Shown: one piece after another, positions 1 through 8,659 of the stretch
Layout of the letters: each line of letters starts with the position of its first letter
Position numbering within the stretch: position 1 is the first letter of the stretch
Source of the DNA: Candidatus Latescibacterota bacterium
GTDB taxonomy: Bacteria; Latescibacterota; UBA2968; UBA8231
Length of the DNA stretch: 64,000 nt
Direction: 5' to 3'
Assembly: GCA_965221775.1 (NCBI GenBank)
Contig: CBDCSU010000005.1
Coordinates: forward strand, 704,001-768,000
Made by a program: the position numbers and the translations under genes
The notes under the pieces: generated by a model
What the model saw: the letters and a program-made list of their open reading frames with translations, nothing else
What the model was told of the DNA's origin: nothing
Database searches by the model: none

Positions 1-686
1 AGGCGGTAGCTGTAGTCGTGCAAGGGATGGAAGCCCACGATCTGACCGCGGAAGGGGGCGCCGTTGACGACTTTGCAGTACCCGGGATAGCCGTCGCCGC
101 ACTCGACCCGGTGCCGATCCACGGTGATCTCCTCTTCCGCGCCCGATGCTTCGGTCCTCGAGGTGATCTCACTCAGCACGTAGCGGCCATCGGAATACCT
201 GCCGGCCTCGAGGACGTAGTGGTAGCCGGCTTCGTATTCGAAGCTGGTGATCATGTCGTCGTACGGGGCGCCGTCCACCACCATGCAGAAGTCGTCGCTG
301 CGGTAGCAGATCACCCGCGCCGGGCCCACGGACAGGGTTGCAAGGGTGGATGGGGCCGGGGTCTTCTCCAGTTGCTCCAGCAGGCGGTATGCGTAGCGGC
401 CGGCGTCCTGGGGCGGTTCGCCGCCGCCCCAGGGGTCGTACTTGCCGATCCGCAGGCGATAGTCGTACCCGGGCTCGTACTCGAAGCCCTCGATGCCGTC
501 GTAGAAGAACTCGCCGTCCACCAACATGCAGGACTGCAGGCCCACGCCGTAGCACTTGGCCAGGGTGGGGCCGACGGTCACCTCCCGTGTCTCGAGGTAC
601 TCGCCTTCGTCCGGGTCCGTCGAACGGTCACAGCCGGCCAGGAGCAGGGCCGGCAGGAGGAGAGGGGTGATGCATCTGGTGGGCAT
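1..686 (-). CDS. DUF4377-repeat lipoprotein (partial, runs off left edge)
   Basis: Not in ORF track (no stop in window). ATG at 686 after AGGAGG; MPTRCITPLLLPALLLAGC lipobox; repeats such as C-YGVGLQSC...IEGFEYEPGYDYRLRI...PQDAGRYAYRL, three copies. Confidence 0.75.
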   Translation of the reverse strand, partial: MPTRCITPLLLPALLLAGCDRSTDPDEGEYLETREVTVGPTLAKCYGVGLQSCMLVDGEFFYDGIEGFEYEPGYDYRLRIGKYDPWGGGEPPQDAGRYAYRLLEQLEKTPAPSTLATLSVGPARVICYRSDDFCMVVDGAPYDDMITSFEYEAGYHYVLEAGRYSDGRYVLSEITSRTEASGAEEEITVDRHRVECGDGYPGYCKVVNGAPFRGQIVGFHPLHDYSYR

Positions 687-862
687 TGGGGCCTCCTATA
701 CTCACACTATGACTCTCACGGTGGATCAGGGCAAGCGGATGGCGCCATTTGCCACGACCGCAGGGCAGAGCCCGGTCCGAGGTTCTGTGTCCCTGCAATC
801 CATGAAGTTCCTTGACCAAGGACCCCGCACGGTGCTGATTCTTCCTCCCCGACCAAGCACAG

Positions 863-2503
863 TTGAACCCCTGCCCGCCCTTGGTCCAGGCCTGGCAGAG
901 AACCGGGATCCTCTCCGTGAAACCAAGCCCTGACCGCTGCCTCCAGGAGAAGCGGAGCATCTCTTCTCCCCCAGCCGAGGTCAGGACGAGGCGCCTGAAG
1001 CTCTACGCCATTGCGGCGGCTTGTCCCTGCCTCGCCTCCCTCTGTGGCTGCACCGACGGGAGCCTGTCTCCATCCCCCGAGTCTCCATACTCGCTGGAGA
1101 TCATCGCACCGGAGCGCGCCAGAGTCGGTGAATCCCTGCCGGTCGTAGTTCGGGCCACGGATGGCGAGGGCCGCCTCGACCCAGGGGTGAATGTCGAGGA
1201 TCGGATCCGCTCGGAAGGAGAGATCGAGGCCATTGCGTTGAAGAAAGGTCTGGGCTCGGCTTCCCTGGTAGCTCGCGACAACGGCACTGGACGCCTCTCC
1301 CTGGAAGTGGCGGGAACATCAAGAGTCGTCTCCATGCCGGATTCGATCCCCGTATTGGAGTACTCGGGACAGCTGGAGCCGGGCGACCATCAATGGGACC
1401 GGTCCAGGGACCGTTACGTTCCCGGACACCTGGTCGTCCCCGCCGGAGCCACCCTGTCCATAGACGAAGGAACGCGCATCCTCCTTGGCCCCCTGGCCAA
1501 TATCACCGTTCACGGCCGCTTGCTCGCCCGCGGAACCCTGAGGCGCCCCATCGTGTACCTGGCCAAGGAGCGGAACAGACCCTGGGGAGGCATCGAGGTG
1601 GACGAGGGAACCGCCGAATTCACCCATACCTTCTTTGTCAACGGCGGGGCAGATGCCGGGAGAGTCTTCGGCCATTCGAACAGTCAGCCCGTTCTCATGG
1701 CTCGGAGGGCGGAGGTAGCCCTGTCGGCCTGCTTCTTCCTCGACAACCCAGGCAAGGCCCTCGGGGCCTGGGAGAGTCACGTCACTGTCGACCGGTGCCT
1801 CATGACACGGTGCGACACCGGGGGGGAATTCTCCAGGAGTGTCGTCCTCATTTCCTCTTCCCACGTCATCGACATTCCCAACGGCGACGGCATCCCCGTG
1901 GATGACGACAATGACGGCCTCTACTTTCACTCCGTCCATCCCCATGATGCCACTCCCTCCATGGTGAGGGACTCCTTTCTCATCACCGGGAAGGACGACG
2001 CCATAGATCACAACGGCGCCCTTCTCGAAGTCCGCAACTGCTGGCTGGAAGGGTTTGCCAATGAGGGGCTGGCCGCATCCAACGCCAATTGGGTCAGGAT
2101 CTTCAACACCGTGGTCAGGGGATGCGGCCAGGGCATCGAAGCGGGCTACGGATCCCCCCGGGTCATGGTCGACCATTGCGTAGTCGTAGAGAACGAGGTG
2201 GGACTGCGCTTCGGAGACTCCTATGACTGGGGAGCCCAGGGCCGGATGGTCGTGTCGAACTCAATCGTCTACGACAATGCCGACAATGTCCTCAACCACG
2301 ACCGGAAGACCGGCCAGCCGGTGCCGGGGGGCATCACCATCACCTACAGCCTGGTGGAAGACGCCGAGCTCGATTCGTCGGCCACGGTCTGGCCGGAGAG
2401 GCCCATCTTCGACGAGGACTTCTTCCTTCTGCCATCCTCGCCAGGCAAGGGCCAAGGTATGGATGGCACGGATATCGGCCTGGTCGATCCCTCGGGTCCC
2501 TGA
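863..2503 (+). CDS. Secreted/lipoprotein with right-handed parallel beta-helix repeats
   Basis: Hydrophobic/Cys N-terminal segment (LYAIAAACPCLASLCGC), LVVPAGATLSIDEGT..PWGGI, DDDNDGLY, DDAIDHNG. True start uncertain (TTG 863, GTG 917 or later). Confidence 0.65.
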   Translation: MNPCPPLVQAWQRTGILSVKPSPDRCLQEKRSISSPPAEVRTRRLKLYAIAAACPCLASLCGCTDGSLSPSPESPYSLEIIAPERARVGESLPVVVRATDGEGRLDPGVNVEDRIRSEGEIEAIALKKGLGSASLVARDNGTGRLSLEVAGTSRVVSMPDSIPVLEYSGQLEPGDHQWDRSRDRYVPGHLVVPAGATLSIDEGTRILLGPLANITVHGRLLARGTLRRPIVYLAKERNRPWGGIEVDEGTAEFTHTFFVNGGADAGRVFGHSNSQPVLMARRAEVALSACFFLDNPGKALGAWESHVTVDRCLMTRCDTGGEFSRSVVLISSSHVIDIPNGDGIPVDDDNDGLYFHSVHPHDATPSMVRDSFLITGKDDAIDHNGALLEVRNCWLEGFANEGLAASNANWVRIFNTVVRGCGQGIEAGYGSPRVMVDHCVVVENEVGLRFGDSYDWGAQGRMVVSNSIVYDNADNVLNHDRKTGQPVPGGITITYSLVEDAELDSSATVWPERPIFDEDFFLLPSSPGKGQGMDGTDIGLVDPSGP

Positions 2504-2521
2504 ATCTCCACGCCCACCCGG

Positions 2522-4762
2522 ATGCCGGTTCGCCTGATTCAACAGCTCCGGGGCAAGGTGGGCCGCCCTGCTTCTTCCGTCCTGGGCGCCTTGCTGGCCC
2601 TTTCCACCAACCTTCCAGCGCCGGCCCAGGAGGGCGGGATCGAGGAGTACCACATAACCTGCGATCCCGACAGCTTCTCCTACATCTACGAGAACTGGAA
2701 GCGCGACCACTACGTCCCGATACACCTCACCCATCGCGGACGGACCTGGCGCGACGCGGAGATGCGAATCCGCGGCGACAGCTCCAGGGAGCTGCCCAAG
2801 AAATCACTCAAGATCCGCTTCCCCTCCACGCCCTTCCATGACGGCAATGACAGGATCAACTTCAACGCCGAATACCTGGACCCCAGCTATCTGCGAACGG
2901 TCCTGACCAGTCGCCTCTTCAGGGACACTCGACACCCGGCCTTCCTGGCCGAACATGCGCGCCTCTTCCTCAACGGAGCCTTTCTCGGCCTCTATGTGAA
3001 GGTTGAGAACATGGATGAGCACTTTCTCAGGCGCAATCGACTGCACAGGGGCGGCAATCTCTACAAGGCGACTCTCGATGGAGCCTGTCTGAGCACGATG
3101 GATGACGCCAACCACCATTGGGAGAAGAAAACCAATGAGAGTGAGGACCGCGAAGACCTGCGCAACTTGATCTTTCTCATCAACGCGGTCCCGGACAAGG
3201 AGTACCTGAACTTCTCGCACAGCTATCTCGCGTACGACGGGATGGTCAATATCATCGCCCTGAACATGCTCCTTTCCAACGGCAGCACCTACTACCACAA
3301 TTACTACATGTTCCATGACATCATGGGCACCGGGAAGTGGTCCATGTTTCCCTGGGACACGGACCGGACCTTCAGCCGCTACGGCTGGAACCTGCCATAC
3401 CATCAAAGCGGCCAGCCCCGGCACCTGCACCGTTGGGACAATCCCTTCCTCGAGCGGGCTCTTCAGGACGAGACGATACTTGGCGACATCAGGAGTCGCA
3501 TTGACCAGTTGAGCCTGACCTGGTTTTCTCCGGGGCACCTCTTCCCCATCATGGACAGCCTGGAGGTCCTCCTCGAGTCCACCATTCCTCTCGACAGGGC
3601 AGACGACGTGGCCGGCCTTGCGCAGTGGAGAAGCCACATGGCGGAGGACCGTGCGTACATCGAATCGCGTCATTCCCGTCTCGAGCGACAGTTCGAGGAT
3701 TGGCCGTCTCCCTTTGGCACCCTTCCCCTGCGCTGGATCGAGGATGACCCCTGGCTGGCGTGGCGGTCCTCCGAAGGGGCCTCCACCTACACCCTCAAGT
3801 ACGGCAAGGATCCGCAGTTCCTGGACAGCGACGTCCGGGTGGCAGAGGGCTTGACGGACACCGCTTTCGCCCTGCCCCCGGGATTGCCCCCAGGACGGTA
3901 CTTCTGGAACGTGGAGGCGATCAACAGTCACGGCTCCATGGTCGCCTTCGACAGCCGATCCACCTTTGCTCTGCCCCGGAGGCCGGTACCGGGTGAGCGC
4001 CCGGTGATGATCAACGAGCTCAACTATCACTCTGCCGACGACTTCGACCCGGGAGACTGGGTGGAATTGCACAACCCCCACGCCCGGTCTCTCGATCTCT
4101 CCGGGTGGTATCTCAAGGACGGCAGGGAAGATCATGTCTTCTTCCTTCCCCGTTCCACCTTCATCGTCGGAAAAGGCTACCTGGTCCTGTGCCAGGAGAA
4201 GGAGGACTTCCTGGCCCTCTTCCCCGAGGTGGAGGCCTGCCTGGGGGGGTGGGACTTCGGCCTCGGGCGCTACGCGGAATCGGTCCGGCTCTTCGACGCC
4301 GGCGGCAACCTTGTCGACTCTCTCACGTACGGCAGCGAGGCTCCCTGGCCGTCCGAAGCCAACGGGACAGGCTCCACCCTGCAACTCGTCGACCCCGGCC
4401 TGGACAACTCCCTCGCAGCCAACTGGGGGTTCTCCGGACCCTACGGGACCCCGGGAGCATCCAATGCTCCCGTCTCCCTGGAGCCGGGAGTGGCCCTGAG
4501 GAGCTATCCCAACCCCTTTGGCCGGTCGGTTACTCTCCTGTTTGCTCTCCAGGAGGGCGCACGATGCAGCGTCGCGATTGTTGACATCCGTGGAGCGGAG
4601 GTGGCCAAGTTGGTGGATGAGTGGAGGCCGGCAGGTCTTCATCAGGTCGACTGGGATGGATACGACGGGGAGGGGAAACGGGCGGCCAGCGGCGTGTATC
4701 TGGCGCGCCTGAGCCTGGCAACGGGAAGTGTCAAGAGCTCCAAGGTGGTCCTGCTGAGGTAG
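2522..4762 (+). CDS. CotH kinase family protein with lamin-tail domain and C-terminal FlgD-Ig/sorting domain
   Basis: Signal peptide; RIRGDSSR..KKSLKI, FNAEYLDPSYLR, HNYY, PWDTD; VMINELNY..DWVELHN (LTD); SYPNPF..WDG..ASGVY. Confidence 0.85.
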   Translation: MPVRLIQQLRGKVGRPASSVLGALLALSTNLPAPAQEGGIEEYHITCDPDSFSYIYENWKRDHYVPIHLTHRGRTWRDAEMRIRGDSSRELPKKSLKIRFPSTPFHDGNDRINFNAEYLDPSYLRTVLTSRLFRDTRHPAFLAEHARLFLNGAFLGLYVKVENMDEHFLRRNRLHRGGNLYKATLDGACLSTMDDANHHWEKKTNESEDREDLRNLIFLINAVPDKEYLNFSHSYLAYDGMVNIIALNMLLSNGSTYYHNYYMFHDIMGTGKWSMFPWDTDRTFSRYGWNLPYHQSGQPRHLHRWDNPFLERALQDETILGDIRSRIDQLSLTWFSPGHLFPIMDSLEVLLESTIPLDRADDVAGLAQWRSHMAEDRAYIESRHSRLERQFEDWPSPFGTLPLRWIEDDPWLAWRSSEGASTYTLKYGKDPQFLDSDVRVAEGLTDTAFALPPGLPPGRYFWNVEAINSHGSMVAFDSRSTFALPRRPVPGERPVMINELNYHSADDFDPGDWVELHNPHARSLDLSGWYLKDGREDHVFFLPRSTFIVGKGYLVLCQEKEDFLALFPEVEACLGGWDFGLGRYAESVRLFDAGGNLVDSLTYGSEAPWPSEANGTGSTLQLVDPGLDNSLAANWGFSGPYGTPGASNAPVSLEPGVALRSYPNPFGRSVTLLFALQEGARCSVAIVDIRGAEVAKLVDEWRPAGLHQVDWDGYDGEGKRAASGVYLARLSLATGSVKSSKVVLLR

Positions 4763-4864
4763 TGGCCGGCCTCCGGGTGGACGCCAAGGAGGTTCCATGG
4801 TACTCTTGAAGCGCCTTCCCTCCTTCCACGCCATAGCGAGCGGCCCTTAGGGAGTCATTGTCTG

Positions 4865-5545
4865 ATGGATAGCCTGTTGCTCGATTTCGGGACGATCAAG
4901 CTCCACTGGAACATGGTGCTGCTCTCTCTCGTTTTCGCTTTCTGCCTGTCGAGCGTCATCGCCCTTGTGTACGAGTGGACCTTCCAAGGCCTGTCCTGGT
5001 CCCGCGGTCTCATGCAGACCATGGTGCTGGGCAGCATCATCACTTGCCTGCTCATGATCGCCATCGGCGACAATGTGGCACGAGGCATCGGCATTGTCGG
5101 ATCCCTGGCCATCATCCGCTTCCGTACCAACCTTCGCGATCCCCGGGACCTGGTGTTCCTCTTCGCCGCCCTCGGCGCGGGCGTCGCCTGCGGGGTGCAG
5201 AGCTACCTGGCAGCGACCTTCGCAACGGTCCTGTTCTGCATGATCGCCGTAACCATGTACCTGTCTCGATTCGGTACTCGGATGAAGTACGATGGACTCG
5301 TGCGTTTCCAGATCCCGGCGGGACCGACCATTGCGGCCCAGGTGGCCGGGATCCTGCAGGAAATACCGAGGACCTTCGGCCTCGTCACGATGCGGGACGT
5401 CGCCCAGGGCGATCTCGTCGATTGCACCTACCAGGTAAAGCTCTCCGACGAAGCAGACTCCACGCGATTGATCGAGGCCCTCGGGCAGATCGAGGGCATC
5501 CGCGGGTTGTCCTTCATGAACCACACCTCCGCCCTGGAGGTGTAG
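4865..5545 (+). CDS. DUF4956 membrane protein
   Basis: Several TM helices; IGDNVARGIGIVGSLAIIRFRTNLRDPRD signature; soluble C-terminal domain. Confidence 0.85.
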   Translation: MDSLLLDFGTIKLHWNMVLLSLVFAFCLSSVIALVYEWTFQGLSWSRGLMQTMVLGSIITCLLMIAIGDNVARGIGIVGSLAIIRFRTNLRDPRDLVFLFAALGAGVACGVQSYLAATFATVLFCMIAVTMYLSRFGTRMKYDGLVRFQIPAGPTIAAQVAGILQEIPRTFGLVTMRDVAQGDLVDCTYQVKLSDEADSTRLIEALGQIEGIRGLSFMNHTSALEV

Positions 5546-5548
5546 TCC

Positions 5549-6574
5549 ATGAAGCGATGGCTGACGAGGAATGCCTTCCATGTTCTGTGGGTGGCGGCCC
5601 TTCTCACCGCAGCCTACGGCTACCGGAGATGGCAGGCCGATCCCTACCTGATCGGCACGGTCGTGGCGGGAGTGCAGTCGGTGGGCGCGCGCGAGGGAGG
5701 CACCATCCAGGAGGTTCTCGTCGTCGTCGGAGAGGAGGTGGCGGCGGGCCAGGTACTCGCTCGCCTGGACGCCTCCGACCTGCAGGCGGAACGCCGGCTC
5801 CGTGCGGAAGAGCTCGCCTCGCTGGAGTCGATCGCCGCTGCCGACCGCCGTCGGTACAGCGTCGAGTACGACCTGCTGCGCCTGCGCCTGTCCGAACAGT
5901 ACGCGGCCGTCCAGGCCGGCGAGGCCGAGCTCGACGCCCTCAGCCGGGAACTCGAGGCACTCGTGTCAGCGGAAAGCGCCGGCCTGGGACACGATCGCGA
6001 GTTGACCCGCATGTCGATTCGCCGCGACGCCCTGGCCCGCTCCGTAGCCGAGCAGTCGGCCCTGATGCGGCCCGAGGTGCTGAGGCTCGACACGGAAGAT
6101 TCGGATGCCTTCGGCGACAGCGTCATGGCCTCCCTTCTCGGCGACCGGGTAGAGCGCCTGCACGAGGTCCGCCAATCGCTCACCCTGATCGATCAGCGCA
6201 TCGAGTACCGGACGATCCGATCGCCCTGCGCGGGTCTTGTCTCCGAGATCCTGGCTCTTCAAGGCAGTACCGTGGAAGCCTTCATCCCCGTCGTCACCGT
6301 GGTGAGCCCCATCGTCAATTCGGTGCAGGTGTACGTTCCCGAGACGGACGACCGGCCGTTGGCCGTGGGACAGGAAGTGGAAGTGATGTCGAAGCGCTCG
6401 AGCCTCTTCGATGGCCGCGGCACGATCGACTTCGTGCATCCGGGGTACTCACCGATGCCGGAGAGGCTCTGGCTCCGCGGGCAGATGTTGTGGGCGAGGA
6501 AGGCCCGAGTGATCCTTGAGCCGGATCACCAACTGCTGCCGGGCGAATCCGTGCGCGTCCGTCTTGTTCGGTAG
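5549..6574 (+). CDS. HlyD-family membrane fusion protein (periplasmic adaptor)
   Basis: N-terminal anchor, lipoyl half-motifs (GTIQEVLVVVGEEVAAGQVLARLD; IRSPCAGLV), coiled-coil hairpin, LLPGESVRV end. Confidence 0.85.
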   Translation: MKRWLTRNAFHVLWVAALLTAAYGYRRWQADPYLIGTVVAGVQSVGAREGGTIQEVLVVVGEEVAAGQVLARLDASDLQAERRLRAEELASLESIAAADRRRYSVEYDLLRLRLSEQYAAVQAGEAELDALSRELEALVSAESAGLGHDRELTRMSIRRDALARSVAEQSALMRPEVLRLDTEDSDAFGDSVMASLLGDRVERLHEVRQSLTLIDQRIEYRTIRSPCAGLVSEILALQGSTVEAFIPVVTVVSPIVNSVQVYVPETDDRPLAVGQEVEVMSKRSSLFDGRGTIDFVHPGYSPMPERLWLRGQMLWARKARVILEPDHQLLPGESVRVRLVR

Positions 6575-6590
6575 GCGGGAGACGGGCGCC

Positions 6591-7886
6591 GTGAAGTCCG
6601 GCCGGCTCTTCCTCGCCCTGGCCCCTTTCGCCATGCCTCTCTGCACCGCCGCAGCTTCGGCCGAGTCCAGCGCCGAGAGCCCCGGGACTTCGGATGGCGA
6701 GTTGCGGCTTACCATCGAGCAGACGGTCGCCTTGGGCCTGGGCAACAACCCCCGCCTCGGTTCCCTCGACCTCGAGTCCGACATCCTGGCCCACCGCATG
6801 CGCTCTTTCGACTGGGTGGACAATCCCCAGATCCGTGTGCGCAACCTGTCCCATCGGTCCGACGCCGCCCCCTTCGACGAACTCGAGATCGGCCTCCGCT
6901 GGCGTCCTCCCGCCATTGGGGAGGCCAAGGTGCGCCGACAGCGGCGGACCGTTTCCTTCTGGGAGCTCAAGGTGGAGGCCATTCGGCAGCGGCACTGGCT
7001 GGCGTCGCGAGTGCGCCGGTCCTGCGCGGACGTCACCATGTACTCCCAGTTGGCCCGCCTCGCCTCCCAGCGGATTGAAGTCGAGACCCAGCGGATCGCC
7101 CAGATCGAGACGATGGTCGAGGTCGGACGCCGATCGATCGTCTACTTCACCAAGGCCAGGATGGCCGTCGCCGAAGCGCGCCAGAATCACCTTCGGATCC
7201 TGCACGCGCTGGGCGAGGAAAGGCGGAGATTGCGCCGGCTTACCGGGATCACCCGGCCGATCCGGGTCATCTCCGAGCCGGTCCCCGAAATCCTCCTGGA
7301 GGAAGATCAGCTCCTCGAGCTGGCCTTCGACAACCGGCCGGAGATCCGGCTGGCCGAGGAACAGCGACAGCTGGCCCTCGACCGCAAGGCGCTGGAACGC
7401 TGGCGACTGTTGCCGCAACTCTCCTTCCTCGAGGTGTCCCGCCACGTTGAGCGGTCCCGGGACGACTGGCACGAGTGGAGGTTCGGCCTGGAGCTGCCTC
7501 TCTTCAACCGCAATGCGGACAACCTGGCCGGCCTCTCCCTGGCCGTGTCGGGGAGCGAGCTCGGCGTCCTCGGCATTCGGGAGCGGATTACGGACGAAGT
7601 CCGGGAAACACTCTCCGACTACACCGAGGCATTGCTCGCGCGCAACCTCGCCCGCCGAGAGGGAGAGGCTCTCATCGAAGCCGCCTCCCGCGTCATCTCC
7701 GGCACACACGATCACGCCACCGTGCCCTCGGATGAAATCCTGGAACTCGAGCGAATGATCATGGCTGCCCGGGTGGCCATCACCGAGAGCGAGCGGGATC
7801 TGGCCCACGCTCTCTACTTCCTCCATTACGAGCTGGGCCTCGGAGATCCCGAGGTTCTCCTCCGGGAGCCCGGCCATGGCGAGTGA
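6591..7886 (+). CDS. TolC-family outer membrane efflux protein
   Basis: GTG start at 6591 gives a signal peptide; LTIEQTVALGLGNNPRL, AFDNRPEI, GLELPLF motifs. Confidence 0.8.
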   Translation: MKSGRLFLALAPFAMPLCTAAASAESSAESPGTSDGELRLTIEQTVALGLGNNPRLGSLDLESDILAHRMRSFDWVDNPQIRVRNLSHRSDAAPFDELEIGLRWRPPAIGEAKVRRQRRTVSFWELKVEAIRQRHWLASRVRRSCADVTMYSQLARLASQRIEVETQRIAQIETMVEVGRRSIVYFTKARMAVAEARQNHLRILHALGEERRRLRRLTGITRPIRVISEPVPEILLEEDQLLELAFDNRPEIRLAEEQRQLALDRKALERWRLLPQLSFLEVSRHVERSRDDWHEWRFGLELPLFNRNADNLAGLSLAVSGSELGVLGIRERITDEVRETLSDYTEALLARNLARREGEALIEAASRVISGTHDHATVPSDEILELERMIMAARVAITESERDLAHALYFLHYELGLGDPEVLLREPGHGE

Positions 7887-8646
7887 GCCAGCCGCGGCCC
7901 ACCGCTACGAGCTCAAGTACACGGTCACCGAGCACCAGGCGGCCGAGATTCGCGACTTCATTCGCCCCCTTTTCTCGCTCGACGGCAACGTTCCCCCCGA
8001 GCAGGGCAGCTACACCGTCAACAGTGTCTACATGGATACTCCCGGCCTGCGCTTCTACCACGACACTAGGCTCCGCCAGTTGCTGCGCTTCAAACCCCGG
8101 ATCCGCTACTACGGAACGAAGGAAGTGGACTCCCTCACCCTGGAGGTCAAGTACCGCCACCACCGCACCGTCTGGAAGGCCCGGCAGAGAATCGCAACGA
8201 CTCAGTGGCCCCAGGTGCTCGAGACCACCAGGAGCGACCGCATCTCTCCGAGATTCGGGACCTTGCCGGAATCCTTCGTCGAGGTACACCACCTGTACGG
8301 CACGGAGCCGGTGCTTCATCTGCGTTACCATCGCGAGCCCTTTGTGAGCGAAGTGGACACCTATGGACGCATCACCTTTGACCGCGCCATGCGCTACCGT
8401 CTCCTGCGTGGTTCCCATGACATCTTGTGCCACGATGGTGAGTTGACCTACTACGACGACGCCGTTACCGCCCAGTGGGGCGAATCCCCCGTGGTCCTGG
8501 AAATCAAGACGGAATCCCTCGTTCCCTTCTGGGCCCTGGATCTCATCAAGCGCTTCTCTCTCGTGCAGCGGGGATACTCCAAGTACCGTTACGTCATCGA
8601 CCATTGTCTCGAGCGAGCCGGAAGCGGCAACGACATGGGGCGTTGA
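7876..8646 (+). CDS. VTC-domain (CYTH-like polyphosphate polymerase domain) protein
   Basis: RYELKY, SVYMDT, KPRIRYY, LEVK, RITFD, VLEIK, SKY motifs; overlaps the TolC stop. Confidence 0.88.
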   Translation: MASEPAAAHRYELKYTVTEHQAAEIRDFIRPLFSLDGNVPPEQGSYTVNSVYMDTPGLRFYHDTRLRQLLRFKPRIRYYGTKEVDSLTLEVKYRHHRTVWKARQRIATTQWPQVLETTRSDRISPRFGTLPESFVEVHHLYGTEPVLHLRYHREPFVSEVDTYGRITFDRAMRYRLLRGSHDILCHDGELTYYDDAVTAQWGESPVVLEIKTESLVPFWALDLIKRFSLVQRGYSKYRYVIDHCLERAGSGNDMGR

Positions 8647-8659
8647 GGCGAGGCTCAAG

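Noticed and set aside
18-815. 265-aa plus-strand ORF
   Set aside because: Antisense shadow of the DUF4377 lipoprotein; no motifs.
2804-4834. 676-aa minus-strand ORF, and similar long shadows (6315-7877, 11462-13075, 23287-26565, 37501-38874, 50503-52677)
   Set aside because: Antisense to well-supported genes; expected from GC3-biased coding.
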